Below the pieces are notes generated by a model. The model ran no database searches and had not been told where the DNA came from. It was given only the letters and a program-made list of their open reading frames with translations. DNA of 64,000 bases from Escherichia coli O157:H7 (lineage in GTDB: Bacteria; Pseudomonadota; Gammaproteobacteria; Enterobacterales; Enterobacteriaceae). Below are positions 53,857 through 63,237 of the stretch, one piece after another. Positions within the stretch are counted from its first letter, which is position 1, and every line of letters starts with the position of its first letter. Where the stretch lies: the NCBI RefSeq assembly GCF_013167455.1, contig NZ_CP038328.1; one strand, written 5' to 3'. The position numbers and the translations under genes were made by a program.

Positions 53857-54894
53857 ATGGTCATCAACTGCGCCTTTATTGGCTTCGGCAAAAGCACCAC
53901 CCGTTACCATCTGCCGTATGTACTTAACCGCAAGGATAGCTGGCATGTCGCGCATATTTTTCGCCGCCATGCAAAGCCGGAAGAACAAGCTCCCATTTAC
54001 TCTCATATCCATTTCACCAGCGATCTCAACGAAGTGCTAAACGATCCCGATGTTAAGCTGGTTGTTGTCTGCACCCATGCGGACAGCCACTTCGAGTACG
54101 CGAAGCGCGCGATGGAAGCCGGGAAAAATGTGCTGGTCGAAAAACCGTTCACTCCGACACTTGCGCAGGCGAAAGAGCTGTTTGCACTGGCGAAAAGCAA
54201 AGGGCTGACCGTCACGCCATATCAGAATCGTCGCTTTGATTCCTGCTTCCTGACGGCGAAAAAAGCGATTGAAAGCGGCAAGCTGGGAGAGATTGTCGAA
54301 GTGGAAAGCCATTTTGACTATTACCGCCCGGTGGCAGAAACCAAACCTGGGCTGCCGCAGGATGGCGCGTTCTATGGCCTTGGTGTGCATACGATGGACC
54401 AGATTATTTCTCTGTTCGGTCGCCCGGATCACGTCGCTTATGACATCCGCAGCCTGCGCAATAAAGCCAATCCTGACGATACTTTCGAAGCGCAACTGTT
54501 TTATGGCGATCTAAAAGCCATCGTCAAAACCAGCCATCTGGTGAAAATCGATTATCCGAAATTTATCGTTCACGGTAAGAAAGGTTCGTTTATTAAATAT
54601 GGTATCGACCAGCAGGAAACCAGCCTGAAGGCTAATATTATGCCGGGCGAACCGGGATTCGCAGCGGATGATTCGGTCGGTGTGCTGGAGTATGTCAATG
54701 ACGAGGGCGTGACGGTCAGAGAAGAGATGAAGCCGGAGATGGGCGATTACGGGCGCGTTTATGATGCGTTGTATCAAACCATCACCCACGGTGCGCCAAA
54801 TTACGTCAAGGAATCTGAAGTTCTTACGAATCTGGAAATACTTGAACGTGGATTCGAGCAAGCCTCTCCCTCCACAGTGACTCTCGCGAAGTAA
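53857..54894 (+). CDS. yhhX: Gfo/Idh/MocA-family NAD(P)-dependent oxidoreductase YhhX
   Basis: 345 aa with N-terminal Rossmann fold. Confidence 0.9.
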   Translation: MVINCAFIGFGKSTTRYHLPYVLNRKDSWHVAHIFRRHAKPEEQAPIYSHIHFTSDLNEVLNDPDVKLVVVCTHADSHFEYAKRAMEAGKNVLVEKPFTPTLAQAKELFALAKSKGLTVTPYQNRRFDSCFLTAKKAIESGKLGEIVEVESHFDYYRPVAETKPGLPQDGAFYGLGVHTMDQIISLFGRPDHVAYDIRSLRNKANPDDTFEAQLFYGDLKAIVKTSHLVKIDYPKFIVHGKKGSFIKYGIDQQETSLKANIMPGEPGFAADDSVGVLEYVNDEGVTVREEMKPEMGDYGRVYDALYQTITHGAPNYVKESEVLTNLEILERGFEQASPSTVTLAK

Positions 54895-55016
54895 GTTTGA
54901 TGGCCCCTCGAATAGTTCAATTTTTTTGAACAGAGGGGTCAATTTTCACCCTCTATCATCCCAGGCAGATCGGGTCCACACTAAGCCCATCGAAATCATT
55001 CAGGGGGCGAATACAA

Positions 55017-55712
55017 ATGATCTACTTACGCAAAGCAAATGAACGTGGTCATGCAAATCATGGCTGGCTGGACTCCTGGCATACTTTCTCTTTTGCCAAC
55101 TATTACGATCCGAACTTTATGGGCTTCTCCGCGCTGCGCGTGATTAACGACGACGTGATTGAAGCAGGGCAGGGCTTCGGCACTCACCCGCATAAAGATA
55201 TGGAAATTTTGACCTACGTGCTGGAAGGTACTGTTGAGCACCAGGACAGCATGGGCAATAAAGAGCAGGTTCCGGCGGGCGAGTTCCAGATTATGAGTGC
55301 GGGTACGGGTATTCGTCACTCAGAGTACAACCCAAGCAGCACCGAGCGTCTGCACCTGTATCAGATCTGGATCATGCCGGAAGAAAACGGCATTACGCCG
55401 CGTTATGAACAGCGTCGCTTCGATGCAGTGCAGGGCAAACAACTGGTGCTTTCGCCAGATGCGCGTGATGGTTCATTGAAAGTGCATCAGGATATGGAAC
55501 TGTACCGCTGGGCGTTGCTGAAAGATGAGCAGTCGGTGCATCAGATTGCCGCTGAACGCCGCGTCTGGATCCAGGTGGTGAAAGGCAATGTCACCATTAA
55601 CGGCGTGAAAGCCTCGATCAGCGATGGTCTGGCAATCTGGGATGAGCAGGCAATCTCCATCCATGCGGATAGCGACAGCGAAGTGTTACTGTTCGATCTG
55701 CCGCCGGTTTAA
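55017..55712 (+). CDS. yhhW: Pirin-like quercetin 2,3-dioxygenase YhhW
   Basis: 231-aa cupin/pirin fold with metal-binding His residues. Confidence 0.9.
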   Translation: MIYLRKANERGHANHGWLDSWHTFSFANYYDPNFMGFSALRVINDDVIEAGQGFGTHPHKDMEILTYVLEGTVEHQDSMGNKEQVPAGEFQIMSAGTGIRHSEYNPSSTERLHLYQIWIMPEENGITPRYEQRRFDAVQGKQLVLSPDARDGSLKVHQDMELYRWALLKDEQSVHQIAAERRVWIQVVKGNVTINGVKASISDGLAIWDEQAISIHADSDSEVLLFDLPPV

Positions 55713-55935
55713 AGCTCAACGGCATCTTTGAAGCCTGCCTTTTTGCAGGCTTCCTCGCTCGCTCCGGTCGCGTGCTGATGTACGCTTCCGGGGTTTTGCA
55801 GCGTCGTTAGCACAATGCGATGCAATTGATTTAGTGTATATCTAATAATTGTAAACAAGCACTGTTTTCCCCGGGAAGGTTCTGATGCGTCCGTGTTAAA
55901 CTAAGAGAATCTATCTCTTTTGTACCTTCAGGACG

Positions 55936-56931
55936 ATGAAAAAGAAAAGACCCGTACTTCAGGATGTGGCTGACCGTGTAGGCGTGACCAAAATGACGGT
56001 CAGCCGTTTTTTACGCAACCCGGAGCAGGTTTCCGTCGCTCTACGCGGCAAGATTGCCGCGGCTCTTGATGAACTGGGCTATATTCCCAATCGTGCGCCC
56101 GATATCCTCTCTAACGCCACCAGCCGGGCGATTGGCGTCCTGTTACCTTCTCTCACCAACCAGGTTTTCGCGGAAGTATTACGCGGAATCGAAAGCGTCA
56201 CCGACGCGCACGGTTATCAGACCATGCTGGCCCACTACGGTTATAAACCGGAAATGGAGCAAGAACGTCTCGAATCAATGCTCTCATGGAATATCGACGG
56301 ACTGATCCTCACCGAACGTACCCACACGCCGCGCACCTTAAAGATGATTGAAGTGGCGGGGATCCCGGTGGTGGAGTTGATGGACAGCCAGTCGCCGTGT
56401 CTCGATATCGCCGTCGGTTTTGATAACTTTGAAGCGGCACGCCAGATGACCACAGCCATTATTGCTCGCGGGCATCGCCACATTGCCTATCTCGGCGCAC
56501 GTCTCGACGAACGTACTATCATCAAACAGAAGGGATACGAACAGGCGATGCTGGATGCAGGCCTGGTGCCATATAGCGTGATGGTTGAGCAATCTTCTTC
56601 TTACTCTTCCGGTATTGAACTGATTCGCCAGGCACGGCGGGAATATCCGCAGCTGGATGGCGTGTTCTGTACTAATGATGATCTGGCGGTCGGCGCGGCG
56701 TTTGAATGTCAGCGTCTGGGGTTAAAAGTTCCTGACGATATGGCGATTGCCGGTTTCCACGGTCATGACATTGGTCAGGTGATGGAGCCACGACTTGCGA
56801 GCGTGCTGACGCCGCGTGAGCGGATGGGCAGTATTGGCGCTGAACGCCTGCTGGCGCGTATTCGTGGCGAATCTGTGACACCGAAAATGTTAGATTTAGG
56901 TTTCACCTTGTCACCGGGCGGATCTATTTAA
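55936..56931 (+). CDS. gntR: Gluconate repressor GntR (LacI family)
   Basis: 331 aa; N-terminal HTH (LQDVADRVGVTKMTVSRFL) plus periplasmic-binding-protein-like domain. Confidence 0.93.
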   Translation: MKKKRPVLQDVADRVGVTKMTVSRFLRNPEQVSVALRGKIAAALDELGYIPNRAPDILSNATSRAIGVLLPSLTNQVFAEVLRGIESVTDAHGYQTMLAHYGYKPEMEQERLESMLSWNIDGLILTERTHTPRTLKMIEVAGIPVVELMDSQSPCLDIAVGFDNFEAARQMTTAIIARGHRHIAYLGARLDERTIIKQKGYEQAMLDAGLVPYSVMVEQSSSYSSGIELIRQARREYPQLDGVFCTNDDLAVGAAFECQRLGLKVPDDMAIAGFHGHDIGQVMEPRLASVLTPRERMGSIGAERLLARIRGESVTPKMLDLGFTLSPGGSI

Positions 56932-57010
56932 GCCCACAAATTTGAAGTAGCTCACACTTATACACTTAAGGCACGGATGGATATTGCTTCTGATATTGTC
57001 CGGCTGGACA

Positions 57011-57039
57011 ATGTTACCGATAACAGTTACCCGTAACAT
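57011..57039 (+). promoter_or_regulatory. GntR operator pair in the gntK promoter
   Basis: Two adjacent dyads, ATGTTACCGATAACA and GTTACCCGTAACAT, 30 to 60 bp upstream of gntK. Confidence 0.6.
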
Positions 57040-57069
57040 TTTTAATTCTTGTATTGTGGGGGCACCACT

Positions 57070-57597
57070 TTGAGCACGACTAACCATGATCACCACATTT
57101 ACGTCTTGATGGGCGTATCGGGCAGCGGCAAATCTGCGGTCGCAAGTGAAGTGGCGCATCAACTTCATGCCGCGTTTCTTGATGGCGATTTCCTCCATCC
57201 ACGGCGCAATATCGAAAAAATGGCGTCTGGCGAACCGCTGAATGACGACGATCGCAAACCGTGGTTGCAGGCGCTGAACGACGCCGCGTTTGCTATGCAG
57301 CGCACTAATAAAGTGTCGCTGATCGTCTGTTCTGCATTGAAAAAACACTATCGTGACTTGCTGCGTGAAGGTAATCCGAATCTCTCTTTCATCTACCTGA
57401 AAGGCGATTTTGATGTGATTGAAAGCCGCCTGAAAGCGCGCAAAGGCCATTTCTTTAAAACCCAAATGTTGGTGACGCAGTTTGAAACGCTGCAGGAGCC
57501 GGGTGCGGACGAAACCGATGTACTGGTGGTGGATATCGATCAACCGCTGGAAGGTGTTGTGGCAAGCACCATTGAGGTTATTAAAAAAGGCAAATAA
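57070..57597 (+). CDS. gntK: Thermoresistant gluconokinase GntK
   Basis: Start at the TTG at 57070 (MSTTNHDHHIYVLMGVSGSGKS) gives 175 aa with a P-loop. Confidence 0.9.
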   Translation: MSTTNHDHHIYVLMGVSGSGKSAVASEVAHQLHAAFLDGDFLHPRRNIEKMASGEPLNDDDRKPWLQALNDAAFAMQRTNKVSLIVCSALKKHYRDLLREGNPNLSFIYLKGDFDVIESRLKARKGHFFKTQMLVTQFETLQEPGADETDVLVVDIDQPLEGVVASTIEVIKKGK

Positions 57598-57600
57598 GTA

Positions 57601-58941
57601 GTGACTACATTAACGCTTGTTTTAACAGCAGTAGGGTCTGTTTTACTGCTGCTGTTTTTAGTCATGAAGGCGCGTATGCACGCTTTCCTGGCTTTAATGG
57701 TGGTGTCCATGGGGGCTGGCCTTTTTTCCGGTATGCCGCTCGATAAAATCGCAGCGACGATGGAAAAAGGGATGGGAGGCACCCTCGGCTTCCTGGCGGT
57801 GGTTGTCGCCCTGGGAGCTATGTTTGGCAAGATCTTACATGAAACCGGCGCAGTCGATCAGATTGCCGTCAAAATGCTTAAATCCTTCGGTCACAGCCGC
57901 GCGCATTATGCCATCGGCCTTGCGGGGCTGGTCTGTGCGCTACCGCTGTTCTTTGAAGTGGCGATTGTTCTGCTGATTAGCGTTGCTTTCTCAATGGCGC
58001 GCCACACCGGTACGAACCTGGTGAAGCTGGTAATCCCATTATTCGCAGGCGTGGCGGCCGCGGCGGCGTTCCTGGTGCCAGGGCCAGCGCCAATGCTGCT
58101 GGCATCGCAGATGAACGCCGATTTTGGCTGGATGATCCTGATTGGCCTGTGTGCGGCAATTCCGGGAATGATTATTGCCGGGCCGCTGTGGGGTAACTTC
58201 ATCAGCCGTTACGTTGAGCTGCATATTCCTGACGACATCAGCGAACCGCATCTCGGCGAAGGCAAAATGCCATCCTTCGGATTCAGCCTGTCGCTGATCC
58301 TGCTGCCGCTGGTGCTGGTAGGGCTGAAAACCATTGCCGCGCGTTTTGTGCCGGAAGGCTCTACCGCTTACGAATGGTTCGAGTTTATTGGTCATCCGTT
58401 TACCGCGATTCTGGTTGCTTGTCTGGTAGCGATTTATGGCCTGGCAATGCGTCAGGGCATGCCAAAAGACAAAGTGATGGAGATTTGCGGTCACGCGCTG
58501 CAACCGGCGGGGATCATTCTGCTGGTGATTGGTGCGGGCGGCGTGTTCAAACAGGTGCTGGTTGACTCTGGCGTAGGTCCGGCACTGGGCGAAGCGTTAA
58601 CCGGCATGGGCCTGCCGATTGCCATCACCTGCTTCGTGCTGGCCGCTGCAGTGCGCATCATTCAGGGTTCTGCAACCGTTGCCTGTTTAACGGCGGTGGG
58701 ACTGGTGATGCCGGTTATTGAACAACTGAACTACTCCGGTGCGCAAATGGCGGCGCTGTCGATTTGTATCGCCGGTGGTTCGATTGTTGTCAGCCACGTT
58801 AACGACGCTGGTTTCTGGTTGTTCGGTAAATTTACCGGCGCGACCGAAGCCGAAACGCTGAAAACCTGGACCATGATGGAAACCATCCTCGGCACTGTCG
58901 GTGCCATCGTTGGGATGATTGCGTTCCAGCTGTTGAGTTAA
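57601..58941 (+). CDS. gntU: Low-affinity gluconate transporter GntU (GntP family)
   Basis: 446-aa polytopic GntP-family permease with a GTG start. Confidence 0.9.
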   Translation: MTTLTLVLTAVGSVLLLLFLVMKARMHAFLALMVVSMGAGLFSGMPLDKIAATMEKGMGGTLGFLAVVVALGAMFGKILHETGAVDQIAVKMLKSFGHSRAHYAIGLAGLVCALPLFFEVAIVLLISVAFSMARHTGTNLVKLVIPLFAGVAAAAAFLVPGPAPMLLASQMNADFGWMILIGLCAAIPGMIIAGPLWGNFISRYVELHIPDDISEPHLGEGKMPSFGFSLSLILLPLVLVGLKTIAARFVPEGSTAYEWFEFIGHPFTAILVACLVAIYGLAMRQGMPKDKVMEICGHALQPAGIILLVIGAGGVFKQVLVDSGVGPALGEALTGMGLPIAITCFVLAAAVRIIQGSATVACLTAVGLVMPVIEQLNYSGAQMAALSICIAGGSIVVSHVNDAGFWLFGKFTGATEAETLKTWTMMETILGTVGAIVGMIAFQLLS

Positions 58942-58952
58942 TTACTGCGACA

Positions 58953-58995
58953 AATTACTGCGAGCTTGCTCGCAGTAATTCATTTCTCTTTTCTC
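58953..58995 (+). terminator. gntU terminator hairpin (12-bp perfect stem)
   Basis: AATTACTGCGAG-CTTG-CTCGCAGTAATT followed by a pyrimidine-rich tract. Confidence 0.6.
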
Positions 58996-59080
58996 CTCTC
59001 TTCATCTTTTTGATCTCTCTCGCAAATTTACCTGCAAATAATCCGTTCTAATCACTGCCTAAAGATCGCAGGAGATAAAG

Positions 59081-61205
59081 ATGGAAAAGCACGCAGCTGA
59101 ATTGCTTTTACAGCGGATGTTAGGAAATACCACCGCTACTTTCAGGGAAGGGCAATGGGAAGCCATAGACGCGGTGGTGAACCAACGGCGAAAACTGCTG
59201 GTTGTCCAACGCACTGGCTGGGGGAAAAGTGCTGTGTACTTCATCGCCAGTAAAATCTTCCGCGATCGCGGCGCTGGCCCGACAATTATCATCTCTCCTT
59301 TGCTTGCCCTGATGCGTAACCAGGTTGCCGCCGCTGAACGGTTAGGTATTACGGCTGAAACGTTGAATTCTACAAACAGAGAAGAATGGCAGCGCATTAG
59401 CGATAAGTTGCTGCAAGGTGAGGTCGATTGCTTGCTGGTTTCCCCGGAACGTTTGGCAAACCAGGACTTTATCGAAACGGTTTTATATCCTATAGCCGAT
59501 CATATTGGCTTGCTTGTGGTCGACGAGGCGCACTGCATCTCTGATTGGGGCCACGATTTTCGCCCGGATTACCGACGTATATTAGATATTTTGCGCAACT
59601 ACCTGCGAATACCCCTGTTCTGGGTACAACCGCGACAGCGAATAACCGTGTCGTTGAGGATATCCGTCAGCAATTGGGTGACATTGTGATTCAGCGTGGA
59701 ACGCTGGCTCGCGAAAGTTTGGCGCTTGATGCCTTAGTCTTAGGTGAACACTCATCCCGTCTGGCATGGTTAGCAACGGTTATCCCTCAGTTTTCCAAAT
59801 CGGGAATTGTTTATACCCTGACTACTCGCGATGCCGAACTTGTCGCCGAGTGGTTAAGGAAAAATGGTATCAGTGCATTTGCTTACTACAGCGGCGTGAC
59901 TTGTGAAGGCGCGGAAGATTCTAATACTGCCAGGGAATATCTGGAGCAGGCGTTGCTGGCAAATAAAATTAAAGTGCTGGTTGCGACAACGGCGCTGGGA
60001 ATGGGCTTTGACAAACCGGATTTGGGGTTTGTTATTCATTACCAGATGCCAGGTTCGATAGTTGGTTACTACTAACAGGTGGGGCGTGCCGGTCGCGGTA
60101 TCGATTCTGCTGTTGGCATACTGCTTTGCGGCAGTGAAGACCGTGCTATTCATAAATTCTTCCGTGAAAGCGCCTTTCCTGCGGAGGCGCAAATTCATGA
60201 AATACTCAACGTACTTAGCGTGAATGACGGTCTTACCTTACGAGGCATTGAACAACGGACGAATCTCCGTTATGGGCAAATAGAAAAAGCACTGAAATTA
60301 TTGGTAGCTGAAAATCCATCGCCTGTGGTGTATACCGAGAAATTATGGCGCAGAACAATTGTCAGTTTTTCTCCTGACCATGAACGAATTAACCATTTGA
60401 TGAATCAGAGAAAAAGTGAGCTGGCAGACGTTGAAAGCTATATCACGACCAAGGAGTGCAAAATGCAATTTCTGCGCCGCGCACTCGATGAGCCAGGTGC
60501 CGAACATTGTGGTAAATGTAGCAGTTGTCTTCAGCATCCGTTGTTGTCGCCCGACATTGATAGCGGCTTACTCCATGCGGCAAACTTATTTATTAAACAC
60601 GCTGACCTGTCATTAAATCTCAATAAACAGGTGGCAGCTGGGGCTTTTACGCAATACGGATTTAAAGGGAACTTGCCTGCGAGTTTACAAGGATCTACGG
60701 GGCGAATCCTTTCTCGTTGGGGATATTCCGGGTGGGGAAAGCAGGTAGCACAGGAGAAAAAAACGGGGCGATTCAGTGATGAACTGGTGGAGGCATGTGC
60801 GGAAATGGTTCGCCAACGCTGGAATCCGCATCCTGAACCAACCTGGGTATGCTGCGTTCCTTCATTAAAGCACCTCGACCTGGTTCCTGATTTTGAAAGC
60901 ACCTCGACCTGGTTCCTGATTTTGCCCGGCGACTGGCGGCGAAACTTGGCTTACCTTTTATTGATGCCATTGAAAAAGTCGTGGACAATCCACCGCAGAA
61001 AATGCAGCAAAACCGTTTCCACCAGTGTCAAAATCTCGACGGGGCGTTTGTGATTACCCCTCCTTTGATGCCTGGTCCGGCGTTGCTGGTTGACGATATC
61101 GTGGATTCTGCATGGACGCTGACAGTTCTAACAGCACTGTTACGCCAGGCAGGTTGCCCGACGGTTTATCCTCTTGCCCTTGCTTCTACCTCGGTAAAAA
61201 ATTGA
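59081..61205 (+). pseudogene. Disrupted RecQ-family DNA helicase fused to a C-terminal ComF-like phosphoribosyltransferase domain
   Basis: Three ORF-track fragments belong to one gene: Walker A GWGKS and RecQ motifs [19 protein letters not shown] and GYY*QVGRAGRG, a Cys-rich RQC-like region, and a PRTase motif ALLVDDIVDSAWT at the C-terminus. Lesions: frameshift near 59597..59612, in-frame TAA at 60073..60075, 29-bp tandem duplication at 60896..60924. Reconstructed ancestral product about 698 aa. Confidence 0.75.
60867..60924 (+). repeat. Perfect 29-bp tandem duplication inside the RecQ-like gene
   Basis: AAAGCACCTCGACCTGGTTCCTGATTTTG occurs twice back to back (60867..60895 and 60896..60924); 29 is not a multiple of 3, so the reading frame shifts. 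Confidence 0.95.
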
Positions 61206-62407
61206 TGAATCTTTCAGCCAATGCACAAGCAACTCTCCTGCTAACCAGCGATTTTTCTCGCGCGGCGGCGAGTAAGTATAAACCTCTTAGTAATAGTGAA
61301 TGGGGGAAGTTTGCATTATGGCTGAAGCACCAACGTATCAGTCCCGCCGAGCTTCTGGTGCCGCAACCGCAAGAGAAACTTACAGGCTGGAGCGATCCGC
61401 GTATTTCTCAGGAGCGTATTCTTGGCTTGCTGGCGCGTGGTCATAGTCTGGCGTTGGCGGTAGATAAGTGGCAACGCGCCGGTTTATGGATCTTAACCCG
61501 CGGAGATGCTGATTATCCCGTTCGCTTGAAAAACCGATTGCGAACGGATGCACCTCCCGTTTTATTTGGCTGCGGGAATAAAGCATTACTGCAAGCGGAA
61601 GGTATGGCGATTGTTGGCTCGCGAGATGCTCCGACTGACGATTTGCGCTATACCCAACAACTGGCCGCGAAACTGGCCCAACAGGGGATTTGCGTTATCT
61701 CTGGTGGTGCGCGAGGTATTGATGAATGTGCAATGGCGTCGGCACTGGAGGCCGGGGGAACTGCCGTTGGCGTATTAGCTGATAGCTTGTTAAAAACGAG
61801 TACGTTAGTGAAATGGCGTGAAGGGCTTATAGCAGGCAACCTGGTGTTGATTTCGCCGTTTTACCCAGAGGTACGTTTCACCGTCGGCAATGCGATGGCG
61901 CGAAATAAATATATTTATTGCCTTGCTGAAAGCGCAATGGTTGTACGTGCGGGAATGACCGGTGGAACGATAACCGGGGCGATGGAGGCATTAAAACATC
62001 AGTGGCTGCCTGTGCAGGTTAAACCAAATCAGGATATGCAATCAGCCAATTCACGATTAGTAGAAAATGGGGCGTCATGGAGTGCTGAACAGGCTGAGAA
62101 TGTGACGATCAGACTGCCAGACGTTCCTGGGCTGATGTATGACAGAGCACTCCGTAACGCTCAACCAGAACTGTTTTCGCTGCATGAAGATGACGCAAAT
62201 TACGCAGTAATGCCCGCGTATACGCCTGTCGATTTTTATCAACTCTTTGTGGCGGAACTGGCGATCCTTGCAAAGGAATCGATAAGTATTGAAAGGCTGG
62301 CGTCTTGTACTGGTTTAACCATCGAACAAATTAGTGTGTGGCTGAACCGCGCAGAAGAAGAGGGAAGGGTTATCCGATTGGGCGAAGGTCATTATCAGTT
62401 CAGGTAA
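61205..62407 (+). CDS. DprA/Smf-family (SLOG Rossmann) protein, a paralogue of the DNA-processing protein DprA
   Basis: 400 aa from the ATG at 61205, which shares a base with the TGA stop of the upstream helicase frame; Rossmann motifs AIVGSRDAPTDD and VISGGARGIDE; C-terminal winged-helix-like tail. Confidence 0.75.
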   Translation: MNLSANAQATLLLTSDFSRAAASKYKPLSNSEWGKFALWLKHQRISPAELLVPQPQEKLTGWSDPRISQERILGLLARGHSLALAVDKWQRAGLWILTRGDADYPVRLKNRLRTDAPPVLFGCGNKALLQAEGMAIVGSRDAPTDDLRYTQQLAAKLAQQGICVISGGARGIDECAMASALEAGGTAVGVLADSLLKTSTLVKWREGLIAGNLVLISPFYPEVRFTVGNAMARNKYIYCLAESAMVVRAGMTGGTITGAMEALKHQWLPVQVKPNQDMQSANSRLVENGASWSAEQAENVTIRLPDVPGLMYDRALRNAQPELFSLHEDDANYAVMPAYTPVDFYQLFVAELAILAKESISIERLASCTGLTIEQISVWLNRAEEEGRVIRLGEGHYQFR

Positions 62408-62410
62408 TAA

Positions 62411-62446
62411 AACAGGTGCCGCGTCTGGTTGTGTGCAGCACCTGTT
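62411..62446. terminator. Hairpin between convergent DprA-like gene and yhgN
   Basis: Perfect 9-bp stem AACAGGTGC/GCACCTGTT with an 18-nt loop between the two stop codons. Confidence 0.45.
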
Positions 62447-62452
62447 TGAACC

Positions 62453-63046
62453 TTACCCCTTCATCCACATTCGAATGCCGTCGAGGAACATCTGGGTTGC
62501 CATCATCACCAGAATCAATCCCATCAGGCGTTCAAGTGCGTTCACCCCTTTCTCGCCCAGCAGACGTAAAAATAGCGAAGACTGTAGCAGGATGACAAAG
62601 GTGCCGCCCCAGGCCAGCAGCAGAGCAATCACCAGATGTCCCATCTGATTCGGGTACTGATGAGACAACAACATCAGCGTGGCGAGAATAGTTGGCCCGG
62701 CGACCAGCGGAATTGCCAGCGGCACGATAAATGGCTCTTCACCTGCCGGAAGCCCGCTGCTATTTCCTGAAGCGCTGGGGAAAATCATCTTAATGGCAAT
62801 TAGAAACAGAATGATGCCGCCAGAAATGGAGACGGTTTCTGCTCGCAGGCTGAGAAATGCCAGAATTTTCTCACCCGCAAACAGGAACACCAGCATCACC
62901 AGGAGAGCAATAAGCAACTCTCGCACCATGATTGCCCGCCGTCTTTTCGGTTCAGTATGTTTCAGTACGGACATGAAAATAGGTAGGTTTCCGAGCGGAT
63001 CCATAATCAGGATCAATAAAACTGCTGCAGAAATGATTTCATTCAT
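62453..63046 (-). CDS. yhgN: MarC-family inner-membrane protein YhgN
   Basis: 197-aa polytopic membrane protein matching YhgN; divergent from asd. Confidence 0.88.
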   Translation of the reverse strand: MNEIISAAVLLILIMDPLGNLPIFMSVLKHTEPKRRRAIMVRELLIALLVMLVFLFAGEKILAFLSLRAETVSISGGIILFLIAIKMIFPSASGNSSGLPAGEEPFIVPLAIPLVAGPTILATLMLLSHQYPNQMGHLVIALLLAWGGTFVILLQSSLFLRLLGEKGVNALERLMGLILVMMATQMFLDGIRMWMKG

Positions 63047-63237
63047 AACTCAAATTCCCTGATAATTGCCGCGGACTTTCTGCGTGCTAACAAAGCAGGA
63101 TAAGTCGCATTACTGATGGCTTCGCTATCATTGATTAATTTCACTTGCGACTTTGGCTGCTTTTTGTATGGTGAAAGATGTGCCAAGAGGAGACCGGCAC
63201 ATTTATACAGCACACATCTTTGCAGGAAAAAACGCTT

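Noticed and set aside
59545-61053. Treating the 176-aa and 324-aa ORFs as separate genes
   Set aside because: They are in the same frame, separated only by a TAA inside a conserved RecQ motif, and continue the similarity begun in the 202-aa ORF; they are fragments of one disrupted gene.
61112-61204. Upstream extension of the DprA-like ORF
   Set aside because: It overlaps the PRTase-coding end of the helicase gene in another frame; the ATG at 61205 sharing a base with the upstream stop is the more plausible start.
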